Below are positions 19,085-28,050 of a DNA stretch of 64,000 nucleotides, piece after piece (position 1 is the first letter of the stretch; each line of letters begins with the position of its first letter). The stretch is from Candidatus Moraniibacteriota bacterium (GTDB lineage: Bacteria > Patescibacteriota > Minisyncoccia > Moranbacterales > GCA-2747515). The position numbers and the translations under genes are program-made. The notes under the pieces were generated by a model that was not told where the DNA came from, made no database searches, and saw nothing but the letters and a program-made list of their open reading frames with translations. The stretch is from contig JAXGYI010000001.1 in assembly GCA_040772365.1 (NCBI GenBank), forward strand, positions 5,416 through 69,415, read 5' to 3'.

Positions 19085-19149
19085 GTGTGCAGCGGTGTGC
19101 ACAGAGATATAATCGAAAAATTGCCCTTGTGGTATGATTGGATATAAAA

Positions 19150-19165
19150 CCACAATATATAGTAT
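19150..19165 (+). promoter_or_regulatory. NrdR box
   Basis: CCACAATATATAGTAT fits acaCwAtATaTwGtg, upstream of nrdD. Confidence 0.7.
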
Positions 19166-19193
19166 GTTTGCATATCCTGTGGATAGGCTTCGC

Positions 19194-19222
19194 TTGCATC
19201 GGTTTTTTGAAAGTGCTACAAT
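19194..19222 (+). promoter_or_regulatory. nrdD promoter
   Basis: TTGCAT-17bp-TACAAT with extended TG. Confidence 0.65.
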
Positions 19223-19276
19223 GAAAATGTTCAAAAGTTGAAAAGGGGTAAGAGTTTTTTCTTGCTTTTTTCTTTT

Positions 19277-21406
19277 ATGCCAAAAACCCATATGACAGCA
19301 ACAAAAATCAAAAAACGAAATGGAACAATTGTGGATTTTGATGTGCGTAAAATTGAGCGGGCAATTACGAAGGCCGCAGAGGCGTCGCGCCCAACAAAGA
19401 AGATGGATGCCAAAAAGGTTGCGCAGTATGCGGTAACACGAGTTGGCAAAAAGTATGGCGATGCAATTCCTACTGTGGAACAGGTGCAGGATGCTGTGGA
19501 GGAGTCTCTGATTAAACACAATTATCCACAGGTGGCGAAGGATTATATTCTCTATCGACAGAAACGTACGGAAATACGTGAGGATCGCAATGTGATGGTG
19601 GATGTGGAGAAAACCATGGGAGAATATCTTGATCAAATCGATTGGCGGGTTAATGCGAACTCTAATCAGGGGTACTCGCTGGGCGGAATGATTTTGAATA
19701 CTGCAGGAAAAGTAACTGCAAATTATTGGTTGTCACATATGTATCCAAAGGCAATTGGCGATGCGCATCGCAATGCGGATGTGCACATTCATGATCTTGA
19801 TATGTTTTCTGGTTACTGTGCTGGTTGGAGTCTACGCGCGCTTTTAGAAGAGGGATTTAATGGTGTAGATAATAAAATTGAGTCCAATCCACCTAAGCAC
19901 CTCTCTAGCGCTGTGGCGCAAATGGTAAACTTTTTAGGAACACTGCAAAATGAGTGGGCGGGTGCACAGGCATTCTCTAGTTTTGACACCTATTTAGCAC
20001 CATTTGTCAAAAAAAAGGAGATGGAGACACGTGCTGCAATCAAAAAATATAAAATGACTTTTCCGTCGCCGAAACACAAAAAGGAATACATTCATAACCT
20101 CGTCTATGATTATGTGTACCAGAACATGCAATCATTTGTCTTTAATCTTAATATTCCGTCGCGCTGGGGGACACAAACGCCATTTACCAACATTACATTA
20201 GATTGGGTTTGTCCACCTGATCTCAAAAAAAAGACACTCCTTTTAGGAGGTAAGCCATTTACACACACATTCGGGGAGCTCCAGAAAGAGATGGATATGA
20301 TTAATAAAGCATTTATTGATGTGATGATGGCAGGGGACTCCAAGGGGCGTACGTTTACATTCCCAATTCCAACATATAATATTACGAAAGACTTTGATTG
20401 GGAGGATGAAAAGGTGTTGCCACTGTTTGAAATGACTGCGAAATATGGTACACCCTACTTTCAAAATTTCATTAATTCAGATCTTGATCCTGGTGACGTG
20501 CGATCCATGTGTTGTCGATTGCAGCTAGATCTCAAGGAGTTGCGTAAGCGCGGCGGTGGATTATTTGGATCTGCGGAAATGACGGGATCTATTGGTGTAG
20601 TGACAATTAATTTGGCACGTATTGGTAAGATGACAGCGGGTGACAAAGAAGCGTTTTTGGAGCGCGTAACGTATTTGATGGAACTTGCAAAAACATCACT
20701 AGAAATTAAGCGAGAGGTTATTCAAAAGTGGATTGATCGTGGGCTTTTCCCCTACACGCGGCGGTATCTCGGAACACTTAAAAATCATTTTTCTACGATT
20801 GGTGTAAATGGAATGAATGAGGCGATTCGCAATTTTACGAATGATCGGGAAAATATTGCATCGCCATTTGGACAAGCATTTGCCAAAGAGGTCCTAGAAT
20901 ACATTCGTGGGAAAATGTCGGACTTTCAAGAAGAAACTGGTAACCTCTATAACCTGGAGGCAACGCCTGGTGAAGGAACAACATATCGCTTTGCTAAGGA
21001 AGATCAGAAGCGTTTTAAGGATATTTTGCAGGCCGGTACAAAAGAAACGCCATATTATACGAACTCTAGTCAGCTGCCAGTGGGATATACTGATGATATA
21101 TTTGAAGCATTGGATTTACAGGATGATTTGCAGAAGAAGTATACGGGCGGAACTGTGTTTCATGGGTATATGAGTGAGCGCATTAGTTCTGGTGCGGCAT
21201 GTGCGCAGTTAGTGAAAAAGATTTTGACGAACTATCGATTACCTTATATCACCATTACACCAACATTTTCCATTTGTCCAAAACATGGTTATCTAGCAGG
21301 AGAATATGATTTTTGCCCGAGGTGTGATCTCGATCTTGGCATACGCAAGGAGCACTGCGACAGTGAATTTCGCGGACGCTACGAAAGTGCGCATGCGGAG
21401 CGATAG
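19277..21406 (+). CDS. nrdD: anaerobic (class III) ribonucleoside-triphosphate reductase, large chain with ATP-cone, lacking the glycyl-radical loop
   Basis: ATP-cone IKKRNG, YCAGW, SMCCRL, EATPGEG, CPKHG..CPRC; start ATG 19277 or 19292. Confidence 0.93.
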   Translation: MPKTHMTATKIKKRNGTIVDFDVRKIERAITKAAEASRPTKKMDAKKVAQYAVTRVGKKYGDAIPTVEQVQDAVEESLIKHNYPQVAKDYILYRQKRTEIREDRNVMVDVEKTMGEYLDQIDWRVNANSNQGYSLGGMILNTAGKVTANYWLSHMYPKAIGDAHRNADVHIHDLDMFSGYCAGWSLRALLEEGFNGVDNKIESNPPKHLSSAVAQMVNFLGTLQNEWAGAQAFSSFDTYLAPFVKKKEMETRAAIKKYKMTFPSPKHKKEYIHNLVYDYVYQNMQSFVFNLNIPSRWGTQTPFTNITLDWVCPPDLKKKTLLLGGKPFTHTFGELQKEMDMINKAFIDVMMAGDSKGRTFTFPIPTYNITKDFDWEDEKVLPLFEMTAKYGTPYFQNFINSDLDPGDVRSMCCRLQLDLKELRKRGGGLFGSAEMTGSIGVVTINLARIGKMTAGDKEAFLERVTYLMELAKTSLEIKREVIQKWIDRGLFPYTRRYLGTLKNHFSTIGVNGMNEAIRNFTNDRENIASPFGQAFAKEVLEYIRGKMSDFQEETGNLYNLEATPGEGTTYRFAKEDQKRFKDILQAGTKETPYYTNSSQLPVGYTDDIFEALDLQDDLQKKYTGGTVFHGYMSERISSGAACAQLVKKILTNYRLPYITITPTFSICPKHGYLAGEYDFCPRCDLDLGIRKEHCDSEFRGRYESAHAER

Positions 21407-21458
21407 AATGACTGATAAATTATGATATACTATAAATAATTAGTAAAAAAATAAAACT

Positions 21459-21650
21459 ATGGCATCACAAGTGCTAAAAGGGGATAATAATGAGGGGCGT
21501 ACACCGTGTGAGGTGTGGACACGTGTAATGGGGTACTTTCGTCCTGTGTCATTTTTCAACACTGGCAAGAAATCTGAACACTATTCACGTAAGCATTTTC
21601 AGGAGTGTGTGAGTGCCAACGAAAGCTTTACCAATAAATATGCTGATTAG
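21459..21650 (+). CDS. stand-alone NrdD C-terminal glycyl-radical peptide
   Basis: CEVWTRVMGYFRPVSFFNTGKKSE contains the RVxGY glycyl-radical motif. Confidence 0.88.
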   Translation: MASQVLKGDNNEGRTPCEVWTRVMGYFRPVSFFNTGKKSEHYSRKHFQECVSANESFTNKYAD

Positions 21651-22344
21651 CGGGATTCAACCATTTACACTTCTGGATTATCCGGACAAGGTGGCAGCGA
21701 TTATTTTCACCCCAGGGTGTAATATGCGCTGCCGCTTTTGTCACAACAAAGAATTTGTTTTGCCGGAAGAAATCGCCAAAATACGCACAAGCTTCATTGC
21801 GGAAAAGACTATTCTGAATTTTTTGCGATCGCGCAAGGGCAAATTGGATGGTGTGGTGATTTCCGGTGGTGAGCCGACGGTGCAGCCAAACTTGCGGAAA
21901 TTTATTGAAAAAGTGCGCGCAATGGGTTTTTTGGTGAAATTGGACACTAATGGCAACTTGCCGGACGTACTGAAAAGTTTGGTAAAGGATAGGTTGGTGG
22001 ATTATGTGGCAATGGACGTGAAAACGACGCCGGATCGCTATAAGGCGCTTGTTGGTGATATGGCTAATCCAGATAGTGTAGTGAAAAGCATTGCTTTCCT
22101 TAAGAAAAATCATGTACCCTATGAATTTCGTACAACATTGATTGCCGGGGAACACACACCAAAAGTGATCAAGGACATGGCAGATCTCCTTGCAGGTGCC
22201 GATACGCTGTATTTACAGACATTTCGCCCGGAGACGACACTGGATCCGGCATTTGAAGAGAAGGGGTTTATAGCCGAAACTACTGTGAATCGCTATGCGA
22301 ACATTTTTATGAAAAAGAGTGTGCGCTGTGTCTTTTTGCGATAA
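21640..22344 (+). CDS. nrdG: anaerobic RNR activating protein (radical SAM)
   Basis: CNMRCRFC, GGEPT, LDTNG; ATG 21640 overlaps the previous ORF end. Confidence 0.93.
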   Translation: MLISGIQPFTLLDYPDKVAAIIFTPGCNMRCRFCHNKEFVLPEEIAKIRTSFIAEKTILNFLRSRKGKLDGVVISGGEPTVQPNLRKFIEKVRAMGFLVKLDTNGNLPDVLKSLVKDRLVDYVAMDVKTTPDRYKALVGDMANPDSVVKSIAFLKKNHVPYEFRTTLIAGEHTPKVIKDMADLLAGADTLYLQTFRPETTLDPAFEEKGFIAETTVNRYANIFMKKSVRCVFLR

Positions 22345-22402
22345 AAAAACACTCAATTTTGTAAATTAAAGAGTGTTTCTTTAAGATTCCGAAGGAAGAA
22401 GA

Positions 22403-22699
22403 TTATTCTGGGAATCTTTCAGTTCTTACAACACCGCTCCCATCAGAATACACTTCTTGTTCCGGTACATTATCCATAATCTTTCTGCGTTCCTCATCAA
22501 AAACCTGAATCACACTTGGAGCCTCTTCATCGGAAACCACTGCAAGTTTTTCAACCAATGCCTTGAGCATTAAGACATCTTTGTTTACACCATCACCCAT
22601 ATACGCTCTAACTATCTGTTCCTTTTTTTCACTCAGCTCCGCCAAGAGATCATCACTAAGAATCTCTTTTTTCGGGGACTTAGATTCAAACATGTTCAT
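22403..22699 (-). CDS. hypothetical protein
   Basis: 98-aa acidic ORF with AT-rich leader. Confidence 0.65.
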   Translation of the reverse strand: MNMFESKSPKKEILSDDLLAELSEKKEQIVRAYMGDGVNKDVLMLKALVEKLAVVSDEEAPSVIQVFDEERRKIMDNVPEQEVYSDGSGVVRTERFPE

Positions 22700-22807
22700 A
22701 GTATTTTGTGAAATTAATAATAATCACTACTTCTTATAGTATAATAAAAGGCCCAAAAAATAGCAAATACTATTTTTTGGGCTTCATATTAACTTAGTGC
22801 ACTTAAC

Positions 22808-23170
22808 TTAGTGCGCACCGTGACGTGCAACGGTGCAATAAGCCTGAAACAAGGGATTATTTTTTAATTCCCCCATGTCCAGCGGCTGGTTATCTGTTGA
22901 CTGTTTTTTTTCATAACAGATAATTTGCTGGTAGATTTTTCCCCAGGTATTATCCGGTAGTTTTTTGTACACCATGCTGAGAGAAAATTGCTGGGGCGGT
23001 GTGTTTTTTGTGATTTCTTGAAACGCTTTCATAAACTCACAAAAATCGTATTCTATGACCGCATTGGTCTTCCCCATCCCTTGAAGTGTTTGGTAGTTTT
23101 CTACCAAAGACTCCTGCAAGAGCATAATTGCAGCACGTGCCACAATATCCATCTCGTTCTCAGTTGTCAT
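22808..23170 (-). CDS. hypothetical protein
   Basis: SD GGAGG before ATG 23170; promoter TTGACA-16-TATAAT at 23260-23233; hairpin 22751-22783 downstream. Confidence 0.7.
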   Translation of the reverse strand: MTTENEMDIVARAAIMLLQESLVENYQTLQGMGKTNAVIEYDFCEFMKAFQEITKNTPPQQFSLSMVYKKLPDNTWGKIYQQIICYEKKQSTDNQPLDMGELKNNPLFQAYCTVARHGAH

Positions 23171-23308
23171 AACAAAGTTTCCTCCACTGTAGTGTTTGAA
23201 TGATAACGAACATTGGTCTCTCAAGCTTATAGATTATAGGGTATTTTACAAGTTTGTCAAGGGCACGTATACTTAATTTTAGGTATAATATGCAATAAAA
23301 AATATCCT

Positions 23309-24232
23309 ATGAACAACAAAGTAACAATTATCGGTGCGGGAATGGTGGGGTCAACAGTGGCATATAGCCTTGTGCTGCAGAGCTTTGTAGACGAAATTGC
23401 TATGATTGACCTCAACCAAGACTTATTACGTGCCCAGGTTATGGATTTGCAGCATACAGTACCATTTGTGGATCGCGCAGAGGTGAAAATGGGCACATAT
23501 GCGGACTGTGTAGATAGTCGCATGGTTGTCATTACATGCGGTGCAGCACAAAAACCTGGTGAGTCGCGTCTAGAATTAGTACAAAAAAATGCGACCATTA
23601 TAAAGGAAATTATGCCAAAAATTTTTGAGCATAATCCCAATGCAATTGTGCTCATGGTCACCAACCCTGTTGATGTGTTGACGCGATTAGCTGTATCTCT
23701 TTTTCCTGACAAAAGGAACCATATTTTTGGCACCGGGACTGTTTTGGATTCTGCACGCTTGCGACATTTATTGGGTCAAACACTGCATATTAGCGCACAG
23801 AGTATTCACGCATACATGCTTGGTGAGCATGGCGATAGTGAATTTCCTGCATGGAGTACAGCAACGATTGGCAATATGCGGTTGCAGGACTGTAAAATGC
23901 TACACGATGAGGAGAAAATGCGTATCTTTCAAGAGGCGAAAAATGCTGCGTATACGATTATTGAGGGCAAACAGTCAACGTACTATGCTATTGGCGCAGG
24001 GTGTGCACAAGTAATTTATGCTGTTATGCGAGATGAAAAAGTTGTACTTCCAGTGTCGCACATGATCAAGAATTTGTACGGCATCTCGGAGACATGTCTC
24101 AGTATGCCAGCGATTGTTGGCGTGGATGGCATTGAGGATCGTTTACACGTCCCACTCAATGAGCACGAGCAAGATCTTTTACGAAAGAGCGCAGAAGTGC
24201 TACAAGAAACTTTTGCAGCAGTTCATAGCTAG
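23309..24232 (+). CDS. ldh: L-lactate dehydrogenase
   Basis: GAGMVG, AQKPGESRL (Gln specificity residue), GEHGDS. Confidence 0.93.
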   Translation: MNNKVTIIGAGMVGSTVAYSLVLQSFVDEIAMIDLNQDLLRAQVMDLQHTVPFVDRAEVKMGTYADCVDSRMVVITCGAAQKPGESRLELVQKNATIIKEIMPKIFEHNPNAIVLMVTNPVDVLTRLAVSLFPDKRNHIFGTGTVLDSARLRHLLGQTLHISAQSIHAYMLGEHGDSEFPAWSTATIGNMRLQDCKMLHDEEKMRIFQEAKNAAYTIIEGKQSTYYAIGAGCAQVIYAVMRDEKVVLPVSHMIKNLYGISETCLSMPAIVGVDGIEDRLHVPLNEHEQDLLRKSAEVLQETFAAVHS

Positions 24233-24285
24233 AACGTGTACGGAGTTGCAGCGCCTCTATATGCTTTCACTGTAAATAGCAGGAA

Positions 24286-25491
24286 TCAGTAGATAACGAC
24301 AGGTGTTCCAACAGAGGCCCAGTGGTAGATTAATTCAGAGTTTTTTGCATCGTGGCGAACGCAGCCAGGTGAGACTGCGCGTCCAATGCTTGCTGTACTC
24401 TCCTTGCCGCCCTCAGGCATCTCTTCATGGCCCTCTGGCCAAATAACAAGTCCGTGGATGCCATACTCGCCGTTTGCTGTGAATGCCATCCAGTATGGCA
24501 TGTAGACGCCGAGGAGGTTTGAGAGTGCATACGGGTCTTTATTGTGAATTGTAAATGTTCCGGTTGGCGTTGGTGTTGCTGCTGCACCGGATGAGTTTGC
24601 AAAACTTGTAATATATTTTCCATGATCAAATAGTGTTGTGACTTGTGCAGCAAGATTAACATCAATATATTTTGTGTCAGTGATGCGTGGCGCTGTAGAC
24701 TTTTTTGCAATTGTAAGGCGTTCATCAATAGGTGTCGGCCATACATCCGGTGTAGATGTGACAGTAGTAAAAGTTTTTGTAGTAATGGGGTAGAATGCCT
24801 GGGCCGGTGCAGATGTGTGACGGACAAAAATGGTGACATTATGTGATCCGGCGATATGTTCTGGTATAGTGCCAATGCGGAACTGTGCGGCGTTGGGGTT
24901 GTCAGTCGGCACCCTTTCTACGTCAATAGAGGGTTGTATAGTCGCACTGAACTCAAAGGCGGAGATGTCACGATCGAATGTGAATGTGATAGTGTCGTCT
25001 TCTTTAAGATAATCATCGTGATCAATGATTGTACTCGCAATGACATGTGGATAAGTGTGGGTAGTGAAATGAAAAATTTGCGATAAATTGGTGGGTGAGA
25101 CAGCGGATCTAAGGGGTAAGGCGAGAGAGTAGGTCGTTTCTGCATCCCACAGTGTTTGGGGGATGATGCGCAACTCTTGAGGTGTGATCCATGTAAAACG
25201 TAGTGTCTCAGAGGGAAAACAGGTAACCTGCTCCTGGTATGCAGATGGATTAGTGATCGGATGGGTAAAAGTGATGATAATCTCTTCATCAAGTGCAATA
25301 ATCTCATCGGTGATTACAAGAGGTTCTGGCTGTACAGAATTGGGAGGGTTGTGTATAGGCACTGTCAGCGCTGTGCTAAAAGAGGATAGCGGTAAAAAGG
25401 CAAATAGCAAAAGCGCTACATTGGTGCGCAGAGGTGTGTGGCGTGGTTGCCGAAGGTTTTTTTTGTGTGTCAGCGATGAAAGTACAGGCAT
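24286..25491 (-). CDS. L,D-transpeptidase (YkuD) with Ig-like domains
   Basis: TPTPTG, YGIHG, SPGCVR catalytic motif. Confidence 0.9.
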   Translation of the reverse strand: MPVLSSLTHKKNLRQPRHTPLRTNVALLLFAFLPLSSFSTALTVPIHNPPNSVQPEPLVITDEIIALDEEIIITFTHPITNPSAYQEQVTCFPSETLRFTWITPQELRIIPQTLWDAETTYSLALPLRSAVSPTNLSQIFHFTTHTYPHVIASTIIDHDDYLKEDDTITFTFDRDISAFEFSATIQPSIDVERVPTDNPNAAQFRIGTIPEHIAGSHNVTIFVRHTSAPAQAFYPITTKTFTTVTSTPDVWPTPIDERLTIAKKSTAPRITDTKYIDVNLAAQVTTLFDHGKYITSFANSSGAAATPTPTGTFTIHNKDPYALSNLLGVYMPYWMAFTANGEYGIHGLVIWPEGHEEMPEGGKESTASIGRAVSPGCVRHDAKNSELIYHWASVGTPVVIY

Positions 25492-25697
25492 AGGTATAGT
25501 TTGGATACAAAAAAGAGCTGCTCACATTATGAAATGTGACAACTCACCCTGTAACACATCTATTATAGCATTTTTTTATCATTCATTCAAGCACTTGTGT
25601 GCATAGTGTCTTGCAGGCTAGTTGCACAACTTATAAAGAAGTTGTTGCATAAAAAAAATGTGCTATACTGTAAAGTAGTAAAAATAAAATTTTTCTT

Positions 25698-26678
25698 GTG
25701 TCTATACGATTTAGCTATAATACAGTGGCATTTGCAGTATTTTGTGTATTGATTGTTGCTGCATGTACAGTGTATGTTGTTGCAGATGAGGCAAAAAATC
25801 TGACGCTTTTTGAAGATTTTGATCAGGACGGCCTCTCTAATGGTGAGGAATATGCTTATGGCACTAATCCATATCTTGCTGATACAGATGGCGATGGATA
25901 CTCTGATGGTGTAGAAGTAGAAAGTGGGTTTGACCCACTCAAGCCTGCACCTGGAGATAAAATTATTAAAAAAGATACGACGCCTAGTGTTGATCCAGCT
26001 CATACTACAGCAACAAATATGACGCAGCGTATCTCCAATAGTCTCATCACGTATCTTGAGGATCAAAAGGAAATGGGAGCAGAATCTATCAATTCAGAGG
26101 ATTTATCTGATGTTGTTTCCAAGGCCATTGATCAGGATGCAGCTTTTGTAACTCCCGATGTTATTGATTTGTCACATGTTTATATTAAAAAACAGGATTA
26201 TGACAAAGTGTCCTCGCGAGAAAAAAAGGAACACATGAAGAAAGATATCGTAGAGTACTTTACATCACTGTCCTATGTTTTTATCAGTAGTTTTCCGCAA
26301 GGGTATTTTGATCGTGCGCCAGAGGAAGTGCAGAAGGAATTGTTTTTACACATCTCAGAATACTCTTCATCACTGACATCGTACAGCTATTTTGAAGATA
26401 TGGCACGTCGATCTATTGAGGCGCAAAAGCAAATGCACAGCCTTACTGTTCCAGAGAATGTTCTGGATATACATATGGAAACGTTATATCTCTTGCGATA
26501 TATGGAAGAGATTTATAATCAAGGAGATTATAAAAAAATCAACACAGATGAAGCTTCTCTCATTGCAACATTGGCACAGGTGCAGGCACTGCTGCAAAAA
26601 AGCATGGATCTACAGACAAAAGTAGAGGCACGGCTCTTAGAATACGATTTACCTATTGATTCTTTTTTGCAAATATAA
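25698..26678 (+). CDS. membrane-anchored protein with thrombospondin type 3-like Ca-binding repeats
   Basis: DFDQDGLSNGEE..GTNPYLADTDGDGYSDGVEV. Confidence 0.8.
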   Translation: MSIRFSYNTVAFAVFCVLIVAACTVYVVADEAKNLTLFEDFDQDGLSNGEEYAYGTNPYLADTDGDGYSDGVEVESGFDPLKPAPGDKIIKKDTTPSVDPAHTTATNMTQRISNSLITYLEDQKEMGAESINSEDLSDVVSKAIDQDAAFVTPDVIDLSHVYIKKQDYDKVSSREKKEHMKKDIVEYFTSLSYVFISSFPQGYFDRAPEEVQKELFLHISEYSSSLTSYSYFEDMARRSIEAQKQMHSLTVPENVLDIHMETLYLLRYMEEIYNQGDYKKINTDEASLIATLAQVQALLQKSMDLQTKVEARLLEYDLPIDSFLQI

Positions 26679-26682
26679 CTCT

Positions 26683-27846
26683 ATGAGCACTTTACAACGA
26701 AAAGCCATTGCGCTAGCACTACTTGGACACTTGATTATATATACAACATGTGCACCTGTTGCTAGGGCAGGGTATTGGTTTGAAACATATGGATCGCTGA
26801 CGTATAAGCAAATGATGGAGGAAATGTCACAGCAGGTTCGGGATGCTGTGAATGCTGCAGCAAAAATGGCATCGATCAAAATGGTGACATCCATGATCGA
26901 AAAATTACTCTATGGCAATAGTTCTTCGCCGCGTAACATTCGAAATTTTAATGATTTTTTGATTGCGGATCCACGTGATGTTGCTGTGACATACGGGCAA
27001 GATTTTCTGACGCAAACGCTGCGTGGTATGGGGTCTGGTGACTACACCTCGGCAAGCGGTAGTGTGGGCGGAGATTTTTTGGCGCAGATCTTGCAAGATT
27101 CCGGGCAAGCTGTTCTGGATCAGTGGCGTGGCAAAACAACGCCGACCGTAGATTACATGAATTACTGCAATCTCTCCGGATCATCTGGAGGGTATAGTGG
27201 CGCAAATTACTTTACGGGAGAGGGGGGTGATGGTGGTATTTTTGCCGATGGGAATTTCTTGTGCTTTAGTTCTATTTTTTCCAATCCGCTCAATACACCC
27301 ATTGGTTTAGCACTAGCAGTTGACACAGCAACAGCAGCAAAATATCAACAAGAGCAGGAGATTGCTAAACTCATGGCAACGAGTAGTGGTGTGTTGCCAG
27401 ATATTGATATTAACGGTCTAGTGAAAGTGCCTGCGGATATGGTAGCATATATTCAACGTGCCCAGGCAGATTTGCCATTGCAGGCGTTAGCGGCGGGGAG
27501 TGCAAAGGTTTTTTCATCACTTATTCAAGCCTTTGCTGTAACAATGATTGTGGGAATTATGCAGCGCGGACTGGGTGAGGTGAATGAGGCGACTGATAAA
27601 AATATTGCTGCGTTCCAGCGGCAGTATCAAGAGAAGTTCGGTGATTTGATGAACAAGGTTGGCCCTGCTGCATCATATGCAAAAGATGCCTACACTGCTG
27701 CACAGCAACAGCAGCAGCGACAAGAGAAGCGATCTGAGGTATGGGACAACCCGGACACGCCGGAAGATGAATCTCGGCAAGGACGCCCAGTGATATGGGA
27801 CAACCCGGACACACCGGAAGATGAGTCAAAGCAGGGATCACGATGA
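26683..27846 (+). CDS. secreted hypothetical protein
   Basis: Signal peptide (APVARA); 4 bp after the previous stop. Confidence 0.75.
   Translation: MSTLQRKAIALALLGHLIIYTTCAPVARAGYWFETYGSLTYKQMMEEMSQQVRDAVNAAAKMASIKMVTSMIEKLLYGNSSSPRNIRNFNDFLIADPRDVAVTYGQDFLTQTLRGMGSGDYTSASGSVGGDFLAQILQDSGQAVLDQWRGKTTPTVDYMNYCNLSGSSGGYSGANYFTGEGGDGGIFADGNFLCFSSIFSNPLNTPIGLALAVDTATAAKYQQEQEIAKLMATSSGVLPDIDINGLVKVPADMVAYIQRAQADLPLQALAAGSAKVFSSLIQAFAVTMIVGIMQRGLGEVNEATDKNIAAFQRQYQEKFGDLMNKVGPAASYAKDAYTAAQQQQQRQEKRSEVWDNPDTPEDESRQGRPVIWDNPDTPEDESKQGSR
27741..27827 (+). repeat. intragenic 54-bp-period duplication encoding WDNPDTPEDES twice
   Basis: ATGGGACAACCCGGACAC(G/A)CCGGAAGATGA(A/G)TC at 27741 and 27795. 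Confidence 0.9.
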
Positions 27847-27935
27847 AATATGTTCTAGTAGACCCTGTGCGTGATAAAATATACATGAGGTAAAAATTCA
27901 CACCACGCCATGTAGAGACGTGGTGTGTTTTTCTG

Positions 27936-28009
27936 TGGACGGCACAAGAGTCGAACTTGTGACCTTCTGCATGTCGAGCAGACGCTCTAACCAGCTGAGC
28001 TAGCCGTCC
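27936..28009 (-). tRNA. tRNA-Val(GAC)
   Basis: GGACGGC/GCCGTCC stem; anticodon loop TC GAC AT. Confidence 0.9.
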
Positions 28010-28050
28010 TGATAAGACACAGACAGTAGAAGTATCTGTGCCTCTCTAGG

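Noticed and set aside
19167-19182. Second NrdR box
   Set aside because: Several mismatches and 17-bp offset, not the usual whole-turn spacing
21407-21458. Frameshift or intron splitting nrdD
   Set aside because: Spacer is short, AT-rich, contains stops and resembles other translation leaders in this genome
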